Of a stretch of 64,000 nt of DNA, positions 39,426 through 49,065 are shown in pieces. Under the pieces are notes generated by a model, which was not told the origin of the DNA, did not search any database, and was given only the letters and a program-made list of their open reading frames with translations. The DNA is from Candidatus Bathyarchaeia archaeon. Its GTDB lineage: Archaea > Thermoproteota > Bathyarchaeia > Bathyarchaeales > Bathycorpusculaceae. The stretch lies in NCBI GenBank assembly GCA_038883775.1, contig JAVZLM010000003.1, forward strand, positions 96,001-160,000. The letters run 5' to 3'. Position numbers and translations under genes: made by a program. Position 1 is the first letter of the stretch; each line of letters starts with the position of its first letter.

Positions 39426-40883
39426 GTGTTTATTATGAGTGTGGATTATGGAAAAATAGCGTTGGAAGAAGCTAAGAAAAAAGGCGCTTCTTATGCGGAC
39501 ATTAGAATAAGCGAAATTCTCAATGAAAGCTTAACCGTGAAAAACGGCGAGCCAGAAACTGTCAGCTTTTCACAAAGTAAAGGATTTGGCGTTCGTGTCA
39601 TAGTGGGTGGCGCATGGGGTTTTGCTGGTTCCGTTGATGTAAACAAAGAGGAGATTTCCAAAACTGTTGATAGGGCAGTTAGCATTGCAAAGGCTAGCGC
39701 ATTGCTGAAGAAGAAGGAGGCAGTTTTAATAAAAGAAAAAGCCCAAAAAGGCAAATACTCCACAAGTTTCAAAAAAGACCCATTCAAAATTCCATTAGAA
39801 GAAAAGCTAAACGTTCTTGTTCAAGCTGGACAAATTCTCAAAAACTATTCACCATTAATAAAGGCTTCCTATGCATTCTACCATGGATTTAGGGAAAACA
39901 AACTTTTCATGAGTAGCGAAGGCTCTCAAATAAACCAGCAGATAACATGGTGCGGAGGAGGCATATCCGCCATAGGCGTAAAAAACGGAGAAATGCAAAG
40001 TAGGTCTTACCCATCACCTTTTAGGGGAGATTTTGCAACAAGCGGCTACGAGTTTTTCGAATCCCTAGCCCTCGTCGACCATGCGGAGGAAGTTGGAAAA
40101 GAACTTTTGATGCTTTTTGAAGCTGAAAAGTGTCCTTCAGGGGAATTGGATTTGATTTTGCAAGGCGACCAGCTTGCGCTACAAATACATGAAAGTTGTG
40201 GTCACCCGACAGAGCTTGACAGGGTTCTTGGAACAGAGGCTGACTATGCAGGAACAAGCTTTTTGACGCCTGAAAAGCTTGGAAAATTTAGGTATGGCTC
40301 AGAAAAAGTGAACATTGTGGCTGATGCCACTGTTCCGAAAGGTCTTGGAACTTTCGGTTTTGATGACGAAGGTGTTCCAGCAAAGAAGGTCTACTTAATT
40401 AAGGAGGGAATTTTTGTTGGCTATCAAAGTTCTCGGGAAACTGCGGCTGAATTGAACCTTAAAGAGAGCAGCGGCGGAATGAGGGCTGATTCGCCTTTGG
40501 CTTTGCCAATAATACGAATGACAAACATTAATTTGCTCCCTGGAGAATGGAAGGCTGAAGAAATTGTCGAGGACACGAAGGATGGTATTCTCATAACCAC
40601 GAACCGCTCCTGGAGCATAGACGACAAAAGAGTAAACTTCCAATTTGGCACGGAAATCGGCTGGAAAATAAAAAATGGAAGCAGGGAAAAAATGATTAAG
40701 AATCCAACATATATGGGAGTTACACCACAATTTTGGGGTTCCTGCGACGCCGTAAGCATGGATGACTGGAAAATGTGGGGCACGCCTAATTGCGGAAAGG
40801 GAGTGCCTGGACAAGTGATGTATGTTGGACATGGATGTGGAACAGCCCGCTTCCGCAAAGTGCGGGTTGGACTAATAAAGTAG
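39426..40883 (+). CDS. tldD: TldD metalloprotease
   Basis: HESCGHPTELD, FDDEG, RMTN, CGKG.PGQ. Confidence 0.92.
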   Translation: MFIMSVDYGKIALEEAKKKGASYADIRISEILNESLTVKNGEPETVSFSQSKGFGVRVIVGGAWGFAGSVDVNKEEISKTVDRAVSIAKASALLKKKEAVLIKEKAQKGKYSTSFKKDPFKIPLEEKLNVLVQAGQILKNYSPLIKASYAFYHGFRENKLFMSSEGSQINQQITWCGGGISAIGVKNGEMQSRSYPSPFRGDFATSGYEFFESLALVDHAEEVGKELLMLFEAEKCPSGELDLILQGDQLALQIHESCGHPTELDRVLGTEADYAGTSFLTPEKLGKFRYGSEKVNIVADATVPKGLGTFGFDDEGVPAKKVYLIKEGIFVGYQSSRETAAELNLKESSGGMRADSPLALPIIRMTNINLLPGEWKAEEIVEDTKDGILITTNRSWSIDDKRVNFQFGTEIGWKIKNGSREKMIKNPTYMGVTPQFWGSCDAVSMDDWKMWGTPNCGKGVPGQVMYVGHGCGTARFRKVRVGLIK

Positions 40884-40898
40884 AGGGGTGAAAAGGTT

Positions 40899-42272
40899 AT
40901 GGTTACAGAAAGATTGAGGGAAATAGCTGAAAAAACCGTTAAGTATGCTGTTAAACAGAAGGCGGACCAAGCGCAAGCGTCAGCCTTTATGATGGATAAT
41001 TCTTTGACAAGATTTGCCAACTCTCAAGTGCATCAGAATGTGGCGAGAAAATCAGGCGGAGTCAATATCAAGGTTGTTTTAGACAAGAGAATCAGTACAA
41101 TTCAAGTTAACACTTTGGAAGAAAAGGAAATTGAGAAGGCTGTTGAGCAAGCGGTTAAAATTGCCAAGGCTTCACCTCCAAATAAGGAGTTCAAAAGCCT
41201 TCCAGAACCAGAAAAGTGGACGCCAATAAAAGGAGCCTTTGACGAGGAAACTGCAAACTGCGAACCCAAATATAGGGCTGAAAAGGTTAAAGAAGCCATC
41301 CAAACAGCCCACTCAAAATCCCACCTTGTGAGGGCTGTGGCTGGATACTTTAACACGGGCTCCCTAGCCTATGCAGTGGCTAACTCGCTTGGGGTTTCGG
41401 CTTGGGCTGAAATGTCCATAACCTACATGAAAACCACTGTTATTTCGCAGTCTGGAACCTCTGAAGGCTTTGGAACGGCTGAAAAATACTCTAGGCGTGT
41501 GAAGGATATTGAGCCATCATTTTTGGCTGAGAATGCTGCAGAAAAATCTGTTAAAAGCCTAAACCCAATCAAGCTTGAGCCCGGCGAATACGAAGTTGTT
41601 TTGTCGCCATTAGCCGTTTCCACCCTTATGACGTATATGGGCTACATTGGCTTTTCAGCCATACCATACCAGGATGGGCAATCCTTTGTCAAATACTGCT
41701 TAAACCAGCAAGTCTTCGATGGCAAACTCACTGTTAGAGATGATGCGAGACACCCGAAAACGCTTTATGCCTTGCCAATTGACGGTGAAGGAGTTCCCAA
41801 AAAAGCTTTGAATTTAATAAATAAAGGCGTTGTTTCAGAAAACAGCATTTGCTACAACTCTTTCACTGCTGGAAAAGAAAACAAAAAGAGCACTGGACAT
41901 GCTTTGCCTCCAATTGGCGCATATTATAGTGAAAGACCAATGCCCTTCAACATGATAGTGGAGGCTGGAGACTCAACCCTGGAAGAAGCCATTTCAGAAA
42001 CAAAACATGGCATATTCGTAACTACATTCCATTACGTAAATCCGGTGGAGCCCACAAAAGTCATTTTGACTGGACTTACTAGAGACGGCACTTTCCTAAT
42101 AGAGAAGGGCGAAATCTCCAAGCCAATGGTTAACATGCGGTTCACTGACAGCATGCTCTCAGCTTTTAAGGAAATACCCTTGATTGGCAAGGATTTGGAA
42201 ATGGTTGATGAAACAACTGTTCCAATGATGAAGTTGAGTAAGTTGCGCTTTGTCGGAATATCCGCCTACTAA
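40899..42272 (+). CDS. tldE: TldE/PmbA partner
   Basis: RFANS..HQN, PGEYEVVL.P, DGEG, TGLTRDG; no HExxxH. Confidence 0.88.
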   Translation: MVTERLREIAEKTVKYAVKQKADQAQASAFMMDNSLTRFANSQVHQNVARKSGGVNIKVVLDKRISTIQVNTLEEKEIEKAVEQAVKIAKASPPNKEFKSLPEPEKWTPIKGAFDEETANCEPKYRAEKVKEAIQTAHSKSHLVRAVAGYFNTGSLAYAVANSLGVSAWAEMSITYMKTTVISQSGTSEGFGTAEKYSRRVKDIEPSFLAENAAEKSVKSLNPIKLEPGEYEVVLSPLAVSTLMTYMGYIGFSAIPYQDGQSFVKYCLNQQVFDGKLTVRDDARHPKTLYALPIDGEGVPKKALNLINKGVVSENSICYNSFTAGKENKKSTGHALPPIGAYYSERPMPFNMIVEAGDSTLEEAISETKHGIFVTTFHYVNPVEPTKVILTGLTRDGTFLIEKGEISKPMVNMRFTDSMLSAFKEIPLIGKDLEMVDETTVPMMKLSKLRFVGISAY

Positions 42273-42286
42273 AATTTCTCTCTTTT

Positions 42287-42964
42287 TTATATTCTAAGTA
42301 TTATTCCATCCACATACTTTTTCATAACTTCGACAAAACCAGCAATTTTTTCCGGCGAGTAGGGTTTAAGCGTACTAAACGTCTTGTCCAACGTGTCTCC
42401 TGGAATAAATTGTTGGAAGGCGAAAGTTTTTGCACCTTTAACAAGTTCGCCTATTCTTGGAATGTCTTCAGCGTCCACAAACCCTGGAACAACAGTTGTT
42501 CTAAACTCATATTCGATTTTGCTGCTTTTCAAAATTTCAACTGAGCGCAGAAAATCCTTTGTGTCTTTTGCTCCAAGCTTTGCATATTTTTCCAATGAGC
42601 TTTTCACGTCTAAGGCAACATAATCCACGTATGGTAGGCTTTCTTCGAGGACGCTTGAATTAAGTCCATTAGTGTCAAGTTTGACTGCGAAGCCCCTTTC
42701 CTTAAGTTTTTTTAAAAATTTTGGGAGCTCCTTATAGGTTGTTGGTTCTCCGCCAGTTATGACTATAGCGTTCACGTATTTTTTTCGAGATTCAAGAATG
42801 TTAAGGGCTGTTTCTTCGTTTAGGAATGGGGGTTTTGGGTTTAAAACTATCCGCCAATTGTAGCAGTATGGGCAGCGCAAATTGCAGCCTGGCGTGAATA
42901 GGATTGAAGCTATTTTTTTGGGATAGTCTATTAGGCTTGTTTTTTGGATACCGCTAAACTTCAT
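42287..42964 (-). CDS. nrdG: Anaerobic RNR activating radical-SAM enzyme
   Basis: SLIDYP, CNLRCPYC, TGGEPT, LDTNG, EFRTT; start at ATG 42964. Confidence 0.92.
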   Translation of the reverse strand: MKFSGIQKTSLIDYPKKIASILFTPGCNLRCPYCYNWRIVLNPKPPFLNEETALNILESRKKYVNAIVITGGEPTTYKELPKFLKKLKERGFAVKLDTNGLNSSVLEESLPYVDYVALDVKSSLEKYAKLGAKDTKDFLRSVEILKSSKIEYEFRTTVVPGFVDAEDIPRIGELVKGAKTFAFQQFIPGDTLDKTFSTLKPYSPEKIAGFVEVMKKYVDGIILRI

Positions 42965-42971
42965 AAGGCTT

Positions 42972-45098
42972 TCACTTGGCTGGAACAACAGCTGTTGGCA
43001 CAACAACCGATTTGTCAAAGGTTCTACGTATGGCAAATTCAGCCTGTTTTCCATCATTCCACTGGTCTACCGGTCTCAAATAACCCACAACCCGCGAGTA
43101 GACTTCGCAGTTTGCGTTGCAGATTGGGCATTGTTTGTGTTCTCCGTTTATATAGCCGTGGGTTGGGCATACGCTGAAGGTTGGCGTTAGAGTGAAGTAT
43201 GGTAGGGTTGTGTTCCAAGCCACCTTGCGGATGAGTTCCGCCGCCGTTTCCCATGAATGCAATCTTTCGCCTAAATAGATGTGGAAAACTGTTCCGCCAG
43301 TGTAAAGCGGCTGAAGCCGTTCTTGATGTTCTAGAGCTTCGAATAAGTCTCCTTCATAATCCACTGGCAACTGCGAAGAATTCGTGTAGAAGGGTTCTGC
43401 TCCCTTGGCTAAGTATTTCTCATTAGCCACAATTATGTCTGGATATTTCTTCTTGTCTATGCGTGCCAACCTGTAAGAGGTGCCCTCGGCTGGTGTTGCT
43501 TCTAGGTTGTATATGTTTCCAGTTTCTTCTTGGAAGTCTGCAAGTTTTTCCCGCATGAAATTAAGCACTTTCCTCGCGAATTCTAAGCCTTCTGGAGCTG
43601 CTATATTATAGCCGAAAAGGTTCATTATTGCCTCATTCATCCCAATCAAGCCTATAGTTGAGAAGTGGTTTTTCCAGTATTTTCCAAAGCCTTCCTTAAC
43701 ATTGCGTAAATAGCGTTTGGAATAGGGGTATAGCCCGTTTTCTGTTAGGTTTTCAAGGGCTTTACGCTTTATTTCTAGGCTGTTTTTGGCTATTTCCATA
43801 AGCGCTTCTAAGCGTTCAAAAAATTCGTCTTCATCTTTGGCTAAATATCCAATCCTTGGAAGATTCAATGTTACAACTCCAATGGAGCCCGTGAGCGGAT
43901 TAGCTCCAAACAAGCCTCCTCCCCGTTTTCGCAGCTCTCTATTGTCTATCCTTAGGCGGCAGCACATGCTTCTGACGTCTTCTGGTTTCATGTCACTGTT
44001 TATAAAGTTGGAAAAGTAGGGCACGCCATATTTTGCCGTAACTTCGAAGATTTTCTGAGTTATTGGCGAATCCCAGTCAAAATCCTTTGTGATGTTGTAT
44101 GTGGGTATTGGAAAAGTGAAAACCCTTCCCTTAGCATCTCCTTGACCCATAATGTCCGCATAAGCCTGATTAAACATCTCCATCTCTTTCTCCATGCCAC
44201 CATAATTTTCATCCATCACTTCCCCGCCAATAATCACTGGTTCATCTCGCATAAACTCTGGAACAGCTAAATCCAAGGTAACATTTGTGAACGGAGTTTG
44301 AAATCCGACGCGGGTTGGCACGTTCATGTTAAAGAGGAATTCTTGAAGTGCCTGTTCCACTTCCTTCTGGTTTAATCCGTCATAGTGTATGAATGGCGCT
44401 AGGTAGACGTCGAAGTTGCTGAAGGCTTGGGCTCCTGCGGCTTCGCCTTGCAGCGTATAGAAGAAGTTGACTACTTGTCCGAGGGCGGTTCTGAAGTGTT
44501 TTGCTGGTTTGCTCTCAATTTTTCCTGGGACTCCGCCAAAACCTGAAAGCAACAAATCCTTAATGTCCCAGCCCACGCAGTATGGTCCCAGTACGCCTAA
44601 GTTGTGAATGTGGATGTCGCCAGAAAAATGGGCGTCTGCGATTTCTGGCGGGTAAATTCTTGTTATCCAGTATTTTGCTATGACTGTTGAGGATAGGTAA
44701 TTGTTTAAGCCTTGCAGTGAATAGCTCATGTTTGAGTTTTCGCGAACCCGCCAATCTTCAATGTCTAAGTACTGGTCTACCAAGTCTGCTGAGCTTAGGA
44801 GGGAGGCTAATTCGCGTAAATCTTGGTGTTGCTTTCTGTAGAGAATATACGCTTTAGCTGTTCTTGCATGTCCATTCTCTATCAGCGTTTTTTCCACTAG
44901 GTCTTGAATTTCCTCAACTGTTGGAACTCCGTCCTCTCCGAAACGCTTCTTGAGCTCAGCCACAACTTGGTCGCTTAATCTTTTTGCTAGTTCGCGGTCT
45001 TTTCCACCCACAGCCTTTGCGGCTTTCCATATGGCGTTTGTTATGCGTTCTTGGTCGAAAGCCTCTAATCTTCCATCACGTTTTCTGACAAACTTCAT
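42972..45098 (-). CDS. nrdD: Class III ribonucleoside-triphosphate reductase with ATP cone
   Basis: VRKRDG ATP cone, SMCCRL, EATPAE, CPTHG...CPIC, glycyl-radical YSRVVGYLRP. Confidence 0.96.
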   Translation of the reverse strand: MKFVRKRDGRLEAFDQERITNAIWKAAKAVGGKDRELAKRLSDQVVAELKKRFGEDGVPTVEEIQDLVEKTLIENGHARTAKAYILYRKQHQDLRELASLLSSADLVDQYLDIEDWRVRENSNMSYSLQGLNNYLSSTVIAKYWITRIYPPEIADAHFSGDIHIHNLGVLGPYCVGWDIKDLLLSGFGGVPGKIESKPAKHFRTALGQVVNFFYTLQGEAAGAQAFSNFDVYLAPFIHYDGLNQKEVEQALQEFLFNMNVPTRVGFQTPFTNVTLDLAVPEFMRDEPVIIGGEVMDENYGGMEKEMEMFNQAYADIMGQGDAKGRVFTFPIPTYNITKDFDWDSPITQKIFEVTAKYGVPYFSNFINSDMKPEDVRSMCCRLRIDNRELRKRGGGLFGANPLTGSIGVVTLNLPRIGYLAKDEDEFFERLEALMEIAKNSLEIKRKALENLTENGLYPYSKRYLRNVKEGFGKYWKNHFSTIGLIGMNEAIMNLFGYNIAAPEGLEFARKVLNFMREKLADFQEETGNIYNLEATPAEGTSYRLARIDKKKYPDIIVANEKYLAKGAEPFYTNSSQLPVDYEGDLFEALEHQERLQPLYTGGTVFHIYLGERLHSWETAAELIRKVAWNTTLPYFTLTPTFSVCPTHGYINGEHKQCPICNANCEVYSRVVGYLRPVDQWNDGKQAEFAIRRTFDKSVVVPTAVVPAK

Positions 45099-45541
45099 TT
45101 TTTCACCTCTAAAAGCACTTTGCGGAAATCTTCAGGCTCTTCAAATTGCCTATAAACGGAAGCAAAGCGAATGTATGCGATACGGTCAAGATTTTTAAGG
45201 TGTTTCATAACTAAATCTCCAATTTCTCTTGAGGAAACTTCGCTTTTGCCCATCATTGTTAACTCTTGTCTAACATGTTCTGCCAAACTTTGAATTTGCT
45301 CCATTGTCACGGGTCTCTTTTCGCAAGCTTTCTGCAAACCCCTAACAATTTTGTTTAGGTCAAAACGTTCAAGTCCGCCGTCTTTCTTTCTAACCATTAA
45401 TTCAACGACTTCCACATACTCATAAGTCGTAAACCGTTTTCCACATTCCTCGCATTCCTTCCTTCTCCTAACTGTGTTGTCTAGCGAATCCCTTGTTTCG
45501 AGGGTTTTGATGTTTTCAGACCCGCAGTATGGACATTTCAT
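45095..45541 (-). CDS. nrdR: Transcriptional repressor NrdR
   Basis: MKCPYC...RRRKECEECGKRFTTYE, ATP cone, AYIRFASVY. Confidence 0.95.
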   Translation of the reverse strand: MKCPYCGSENIKTLETRDSLDNTVRRRKECEECGKRFTTYEYVEVVELMVRKKDGGLERFDLNKIVRGLQKACEKRPVTMEQIQSLAEHVRQELTMMGKSEVSSREIGDLVMKHLKNLDRIAYIRFASVYRQFEEPEDFRKVLLEVKK

Positions 45542-45591
45542 GGCATCACATTCGCTTGCTTCACAATTTAGTGTTTTTATAACTAAAGTAG

Positions 45592-45607
45592 ACACTAAAT
45601 GTAGAGT
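45592..45607. promoter_or_regulatory. NrdR box
   Basis: ACACTAAATGTAGAGT fits the bacterial consensus acaCwAtATaTwGtgt and lies 50 nt upstream of nrdR. Confidence 0.65.
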
Positions 45608-45782
45608 TTGTTTATTTAAACGCTTTCCACAACAATGTTGCAATACTGAATTAAGCCTTTAGAGGAAAGCATGCTTTTATTAAACATAATTGCAGAAAAC
45701 GGAAAATGGTAAAATAGGGTTTTTTGGGGGAAAAAGTTTCATTTTTTGGCTTTAGCTTGCATGTTTAAAATTTTCTATAAAA

Positions 45783-46985
45783 CTAAAGCTCTTTTCTCAT
45801 GCCAATTCTTGACAAAACAAAAACTGCGCACGAAAATAGTAGCACAAGAGTGAAGGATGGAAAGACGCCGCTATATTGCAGATTTGTTGCGAATATTAAT
45901 CCACTAATTATCGGTCCAATTGTCTGCCCAACATCCATTATCATGTCAAGGAAACCCATGGCTGTTCCAACAAACTCCTTAGGTGTAAGCTCGCTGATTA
46001 ATGCTGGCGTTGCAGCCGTTACTGCTGCGAACCCAACTCCATAAACAACTGAAAATAGAAGAAGAATGGGAAATTTGTGGGAAAATGGAATGGCTAAAAG
46101 TGGAAATCCGCTGATTATACAGCCTACCACTATTGGAATTCGCCTTCCAATTTTATCTGAAACTCTGCCCATGTAAGGTTTGGCAAAAATTGGAACAGCT
46201 ATGAGGCTTGCGGTGATAATGCCGGTTAAAAGCCAATCAAAACCTATAAACTCTTTCAAATAGCCTGAAAGGTAAAATTCGAAAGCGCCATAAACATAGT
46301 ACTGGCATGCTTGAACTAGGCAGACCGTTAGAACTGCACGGTTTCTAATGGTTGTTCTCCAGCCTTGAAACATCTGTGAGATGATGTTTCTTCTTTTTCG
46401 AATTTGAGGAGTGTTTTCTTTGCTTTGAATAAGAAATGGCATGGCGGTGATTAGAGCAGTTAAACCAGCCACGCCTACAGCCAAGTAAAGCATGTGAAAA
46501 TTGCTGTTTGTTATGGTTAGTATCGCTGCGCCTAAAATAGGTGCTATCCCCCTCCCGATATATGTTGAAGAGGAGAAAAGCGAAATTCTCTCCCCAACTT
46601 TTGTTGGAAAAGCCTCAGCTATTGAAGCTTCTGCAACCGGGACAAAAATTGCTGTGGCAAATCCGTGGTAGAAGCGAACCATGATAAGCTGCCACCATTC
46701 AACTATCAAAATGTAGAGGAAAGGCGCCGAAGCAAAAACAAAACCCGCAAAAAACAGGAACTTTTTCCTTCCAAGAATATCTGATAGTGAAGCTGCAGGC
46801 AAACTAATTAGTATTCCAGGAATTGTAGATGCAGCGCCCACGATACCGCTCCACTCTGCTGGGGTTCCTAGGCTTGATGCGAAGGGTTTTAAAACTGGGT
46901 TCTTTGACATTGTGGAGCTTAGGATTGCAAACATGCCCATTATACAAATTGTCCAGAAAAAGGTTTTTCTCGTATGAAAAGCCAT
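45783..46985 (-). CDS. MFS transporter
   Basis: LSDILGRK and VSDKIGRR motif A; about 12 TMs. Confidence 0.9.
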   Translation of the reverse strand: MAFHTRKTFFWTICIMGMFAILSSTMSKNPVLKPFASSLGTPAEWSGIVGAASTIPGILISLPAASLSDILGRKKFLFFAGFVFASAPFLYILIVEWWQLIMVRFYHGFATAIFVPVAEASIAEAFPTKVGERISLFSSSTYIGRGIAPILGAAILTITNSNFHMLYLAVGVAGLTALITAMPFLIQSKENTPQIRKRRNIISQMFQGWRTTIRNRAVLTVCLVQACQYYVYGAFEFYLSGYLKEFIGFDWLLTGIITASLIAVPIFAKPYMGRVSDKIGRRIPIVVGCIISGFPLLAIPFSHKFPILLLFSVVYGVGFAAVTAATPALISELTPKEFVGTAMGFLDMIMDVGQTIGPIISGLIFATNLQYSGVFPSFTLVLLFSCAVFVLSRIGMRKEL

Positions 46986-47008
46986 TAGGCGGTCACTTTT
47001 CGGAATAG

Positions 47009-47524
47009 CTAGATTATTGTTTCCTCGTGCAATTTTCTTTTTAGAAATTCATTTTGTTGTCTTGGGCTCATTTTCGTTAATTCATCTTTATACTTTTCGC
47101 GGAGCAACTTAAGCTTGCAGTAGCTGTAAAGTGCATCATAAACGTATCTAGCTTTCTCAACAGCCTCAAAATCATCTTCTACATTAAACCTTGCTCCAGT
47201 CATTATGGCGCTTAACCCGAAGCCTTCAATAGCTCCTTTTGTGTCATGTGTGTCTGCTGAATGGACAATTTTTGCAAGTTCATGAAGAACAGGGTCCTTA
47301 ATCTTGTATTCCTCAATTATGGTTTCGAAACTGCACTTTCCATTTCTGTGCCCAAGCTTAACCCCAGGAGCATCGAAGGGTATTGCGCCTTCTCTTTCTA
47401 CAACTTCCACAATTTTCTCAGTTGGCACAAAAATGAATTCTGCTTCTGGGTCAATGAACTTTTTAATTAACCATGGGCATGCTGTTCTGTCAACGTGAAC
47501 AAATTCACGAGTCACCCACTTCAT
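47009..47524 (-). CDS. ChrB-like (chromate-resistance C-terminal domain) protein
   Basis: MKWVTRE..HVDRTACPWLI.KFIDPEAEF, PFD, CSFE. Confidence 0.85.
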   Translation of the reverse strand: MKWVTREFVHVDRTACPWLIKKFIDPEAEFIFVPTEKIVEVVEREGAIPFDAPGVKLGHRNGKCSFETIIEEYKIKDPVLHELAKIVHSADTHDTKGAIEGFGLSAIMTGARFNVEDDFEAVEKARYVYDALYSYCKLKLLREKYKDELTKMSPRQQNEFLKRKLHEETII

Positions 47525-47625
47525 AACACTACACCCTTATCTGAAGTAAGCATATCTAATGTTAAAGTTTATCTTAATCAAGGTTCACCATAAACATTTA
47601 TTATAACTCAATTGCTCCATTAAAT

Positions 47626-48543
47626 ATGAAGAGTAATATGGCAATCCGGATTCGCAGCTTTGAGAACAAAGACTTGCCAATCCTTGTTAAACTGCTTAAT
47701 GAAAAGTATGTAGGTTCATACGAGTTTGTCCCTTACACTGTGGATATGTTCCTTTCCCGCATTAAGGAGGATAACCTTACTGTTTTGGTGGCTGAAGAGA
47801 ACGGCGAATTTTTGGGTTCTGCTGCATGTGCTGAACGACATTGGGGAGAAGAAATAGAATGGCTTGCCGTTTTCAAAATTTCAAACCAAAAACTCGTAAA
47901 AGACGCTTTAATCAGCGAGGTTGAGAAACAATCCAAGAGTGAGGCAATTTTCACAAGCGTAGACTCTGAAAGCCAAGAAATTAAAGAGTGGATTGAAAGG
48001 GGATATAGCCCTAAGGGCGGCATGTATCACATGGTGGCTAGGCTAGATGGGTTAAAGTCTCTTCCAAAAGTTCCGGAAGGTACAGTTCTCCGAAGCCTAA
48101 AGCCAAATGAGGAGGAAAAGTTTGTGGAAGCAGTCAACGCTGGATTCGGACATGAAAGAGTTACAATTGGCAGCATTGCAAGATGGAAAAGTGAATCTCC
48201 ACCGTTCGATGAAGAGTGGGTTCATGTGGCGGAAATTAACAATAAAATTGTTTCGGTTGTTGTTTCCAGACCAGACACAGAATACAACAAATTTTTCAAT
48301 GGCAAAAGAGGCTATTTGGGTCCAGCAGCCACCCTTCCAGAATATAGAGGAAAAAATCTTGCATCAGCCCTAACATGCCGAGCCATGAACTTCCTCTATG
48401 CTAAAGGAATGGATTCCGTGGCGCTTTACACTTCGGAGGAAAACATTCCATCCATAACCCTCCTACAAAAATTAGGCTTTAAAGTGGGACATCACTGGAA
48501 GTTTATGCGCAAAAATTGGCTAGACAGTAAAGGGCAATATTAA
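47626..48543 (+). CDS. Tandem GNAT acetyltransferase
   Basis: Two GNAT halves; PEYRGKNLA, N..S..L.QKLGF. Confidence 0.85.
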   Translation: MKSNMAIRIRSFENKDLPILVKLLNEKYVGSYEFVPYTVDMFLSRIKEDNLTVLVAEENGEFLGSAACAERHWGEEIEWLAVFKISNQKLVKDALISEVEKQSKSEAIFTSVDSESQEIKEWIERGYSPKGGMYHMVARLDGLKSLPKVPEGTVLRSLKPNEEEKFVEAVNAGFGHERVTIGSIARWKSESPPFDEEWVHVAEINNKIVSVVVSRPDTEYNKFFNGKRGYLGPAATLPEYRGKNLASALTCRAMNFLYAKGMDSVALYTSEENIPSITLLQKLGFKVGHHWKFMRKNWLDSKGQY

Positions 48544-48591
48544 AAATTATTAAAAGAGTAAAGACGGAAATCGTGAAAATTTGTTGAAAAA

Positions 48592-49065
48592 TTAGTGGCT
48601 CTTCCCTGGAGCCGCTTTCTTTTCCACCTCTAATTCCCTCACTCTGGTTTCTATGAATTCGGCGACTTTCTCTTGACTATACCTCTTCTCTTCCTCTTGC
48701 TTCCTTAGTTGTTCTCTTATTGTTTCTAAAACTTTGTCCATGTCGAAGGGCTTCACAATGTAAGCGTCTGCTCCCCTGTTCACAGCTTCTATGGCATTCT
48801 GCAGTGTTGGATAACCAGTGATAATGACTTTTCGCATTTTTGGCGTTGTCTCCTTCATTCGTGTTAGGAGTTCTATGCCTTCCATGTCTGGAAGTCTAAT
48901 GTCTATTAGGGCTAAGTTGTAGAATTTTTTCTTTGTCTTTTCTATGGCAGCTTTTGCCGTTTCCGCCGAGTCAACCCAGTATCCTTCTTCTTCGAGGATT
49001 GCTGTTAAAACTTTTCTTATGTTTTCGTCGTCGTCAACAATGAGGATTCTAGCGGTTTCATCCAT
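48592..49065 (-). CDS. Response regulator (receiver domain with short C-terminal tail)
   Basis: ILIVDDD, DIRLPDMEG, ITG, YIVKP. Confidence 0.93.
   Translation of the reverse strand: MDETARILIVDDDENIRKVLTAILEEEGYWVDSAETAKAAIEKTKKKFYNLALIDIRLPDMEGIELLTRMKETTPKMRKVIITGYPTLQNAIEAVNRGADAYIVKPFDMDKVLETIREQLRKQEEEKRYSQEKVAEFIETRVRELEVEKKAAPGKSH

Noticed and set aside
47525-47625. Fluoride riboswitch upstream of chrB/MFS
   Set aside because: No GGCGAUG/CUGAUG pseudoknot consensus is visible.
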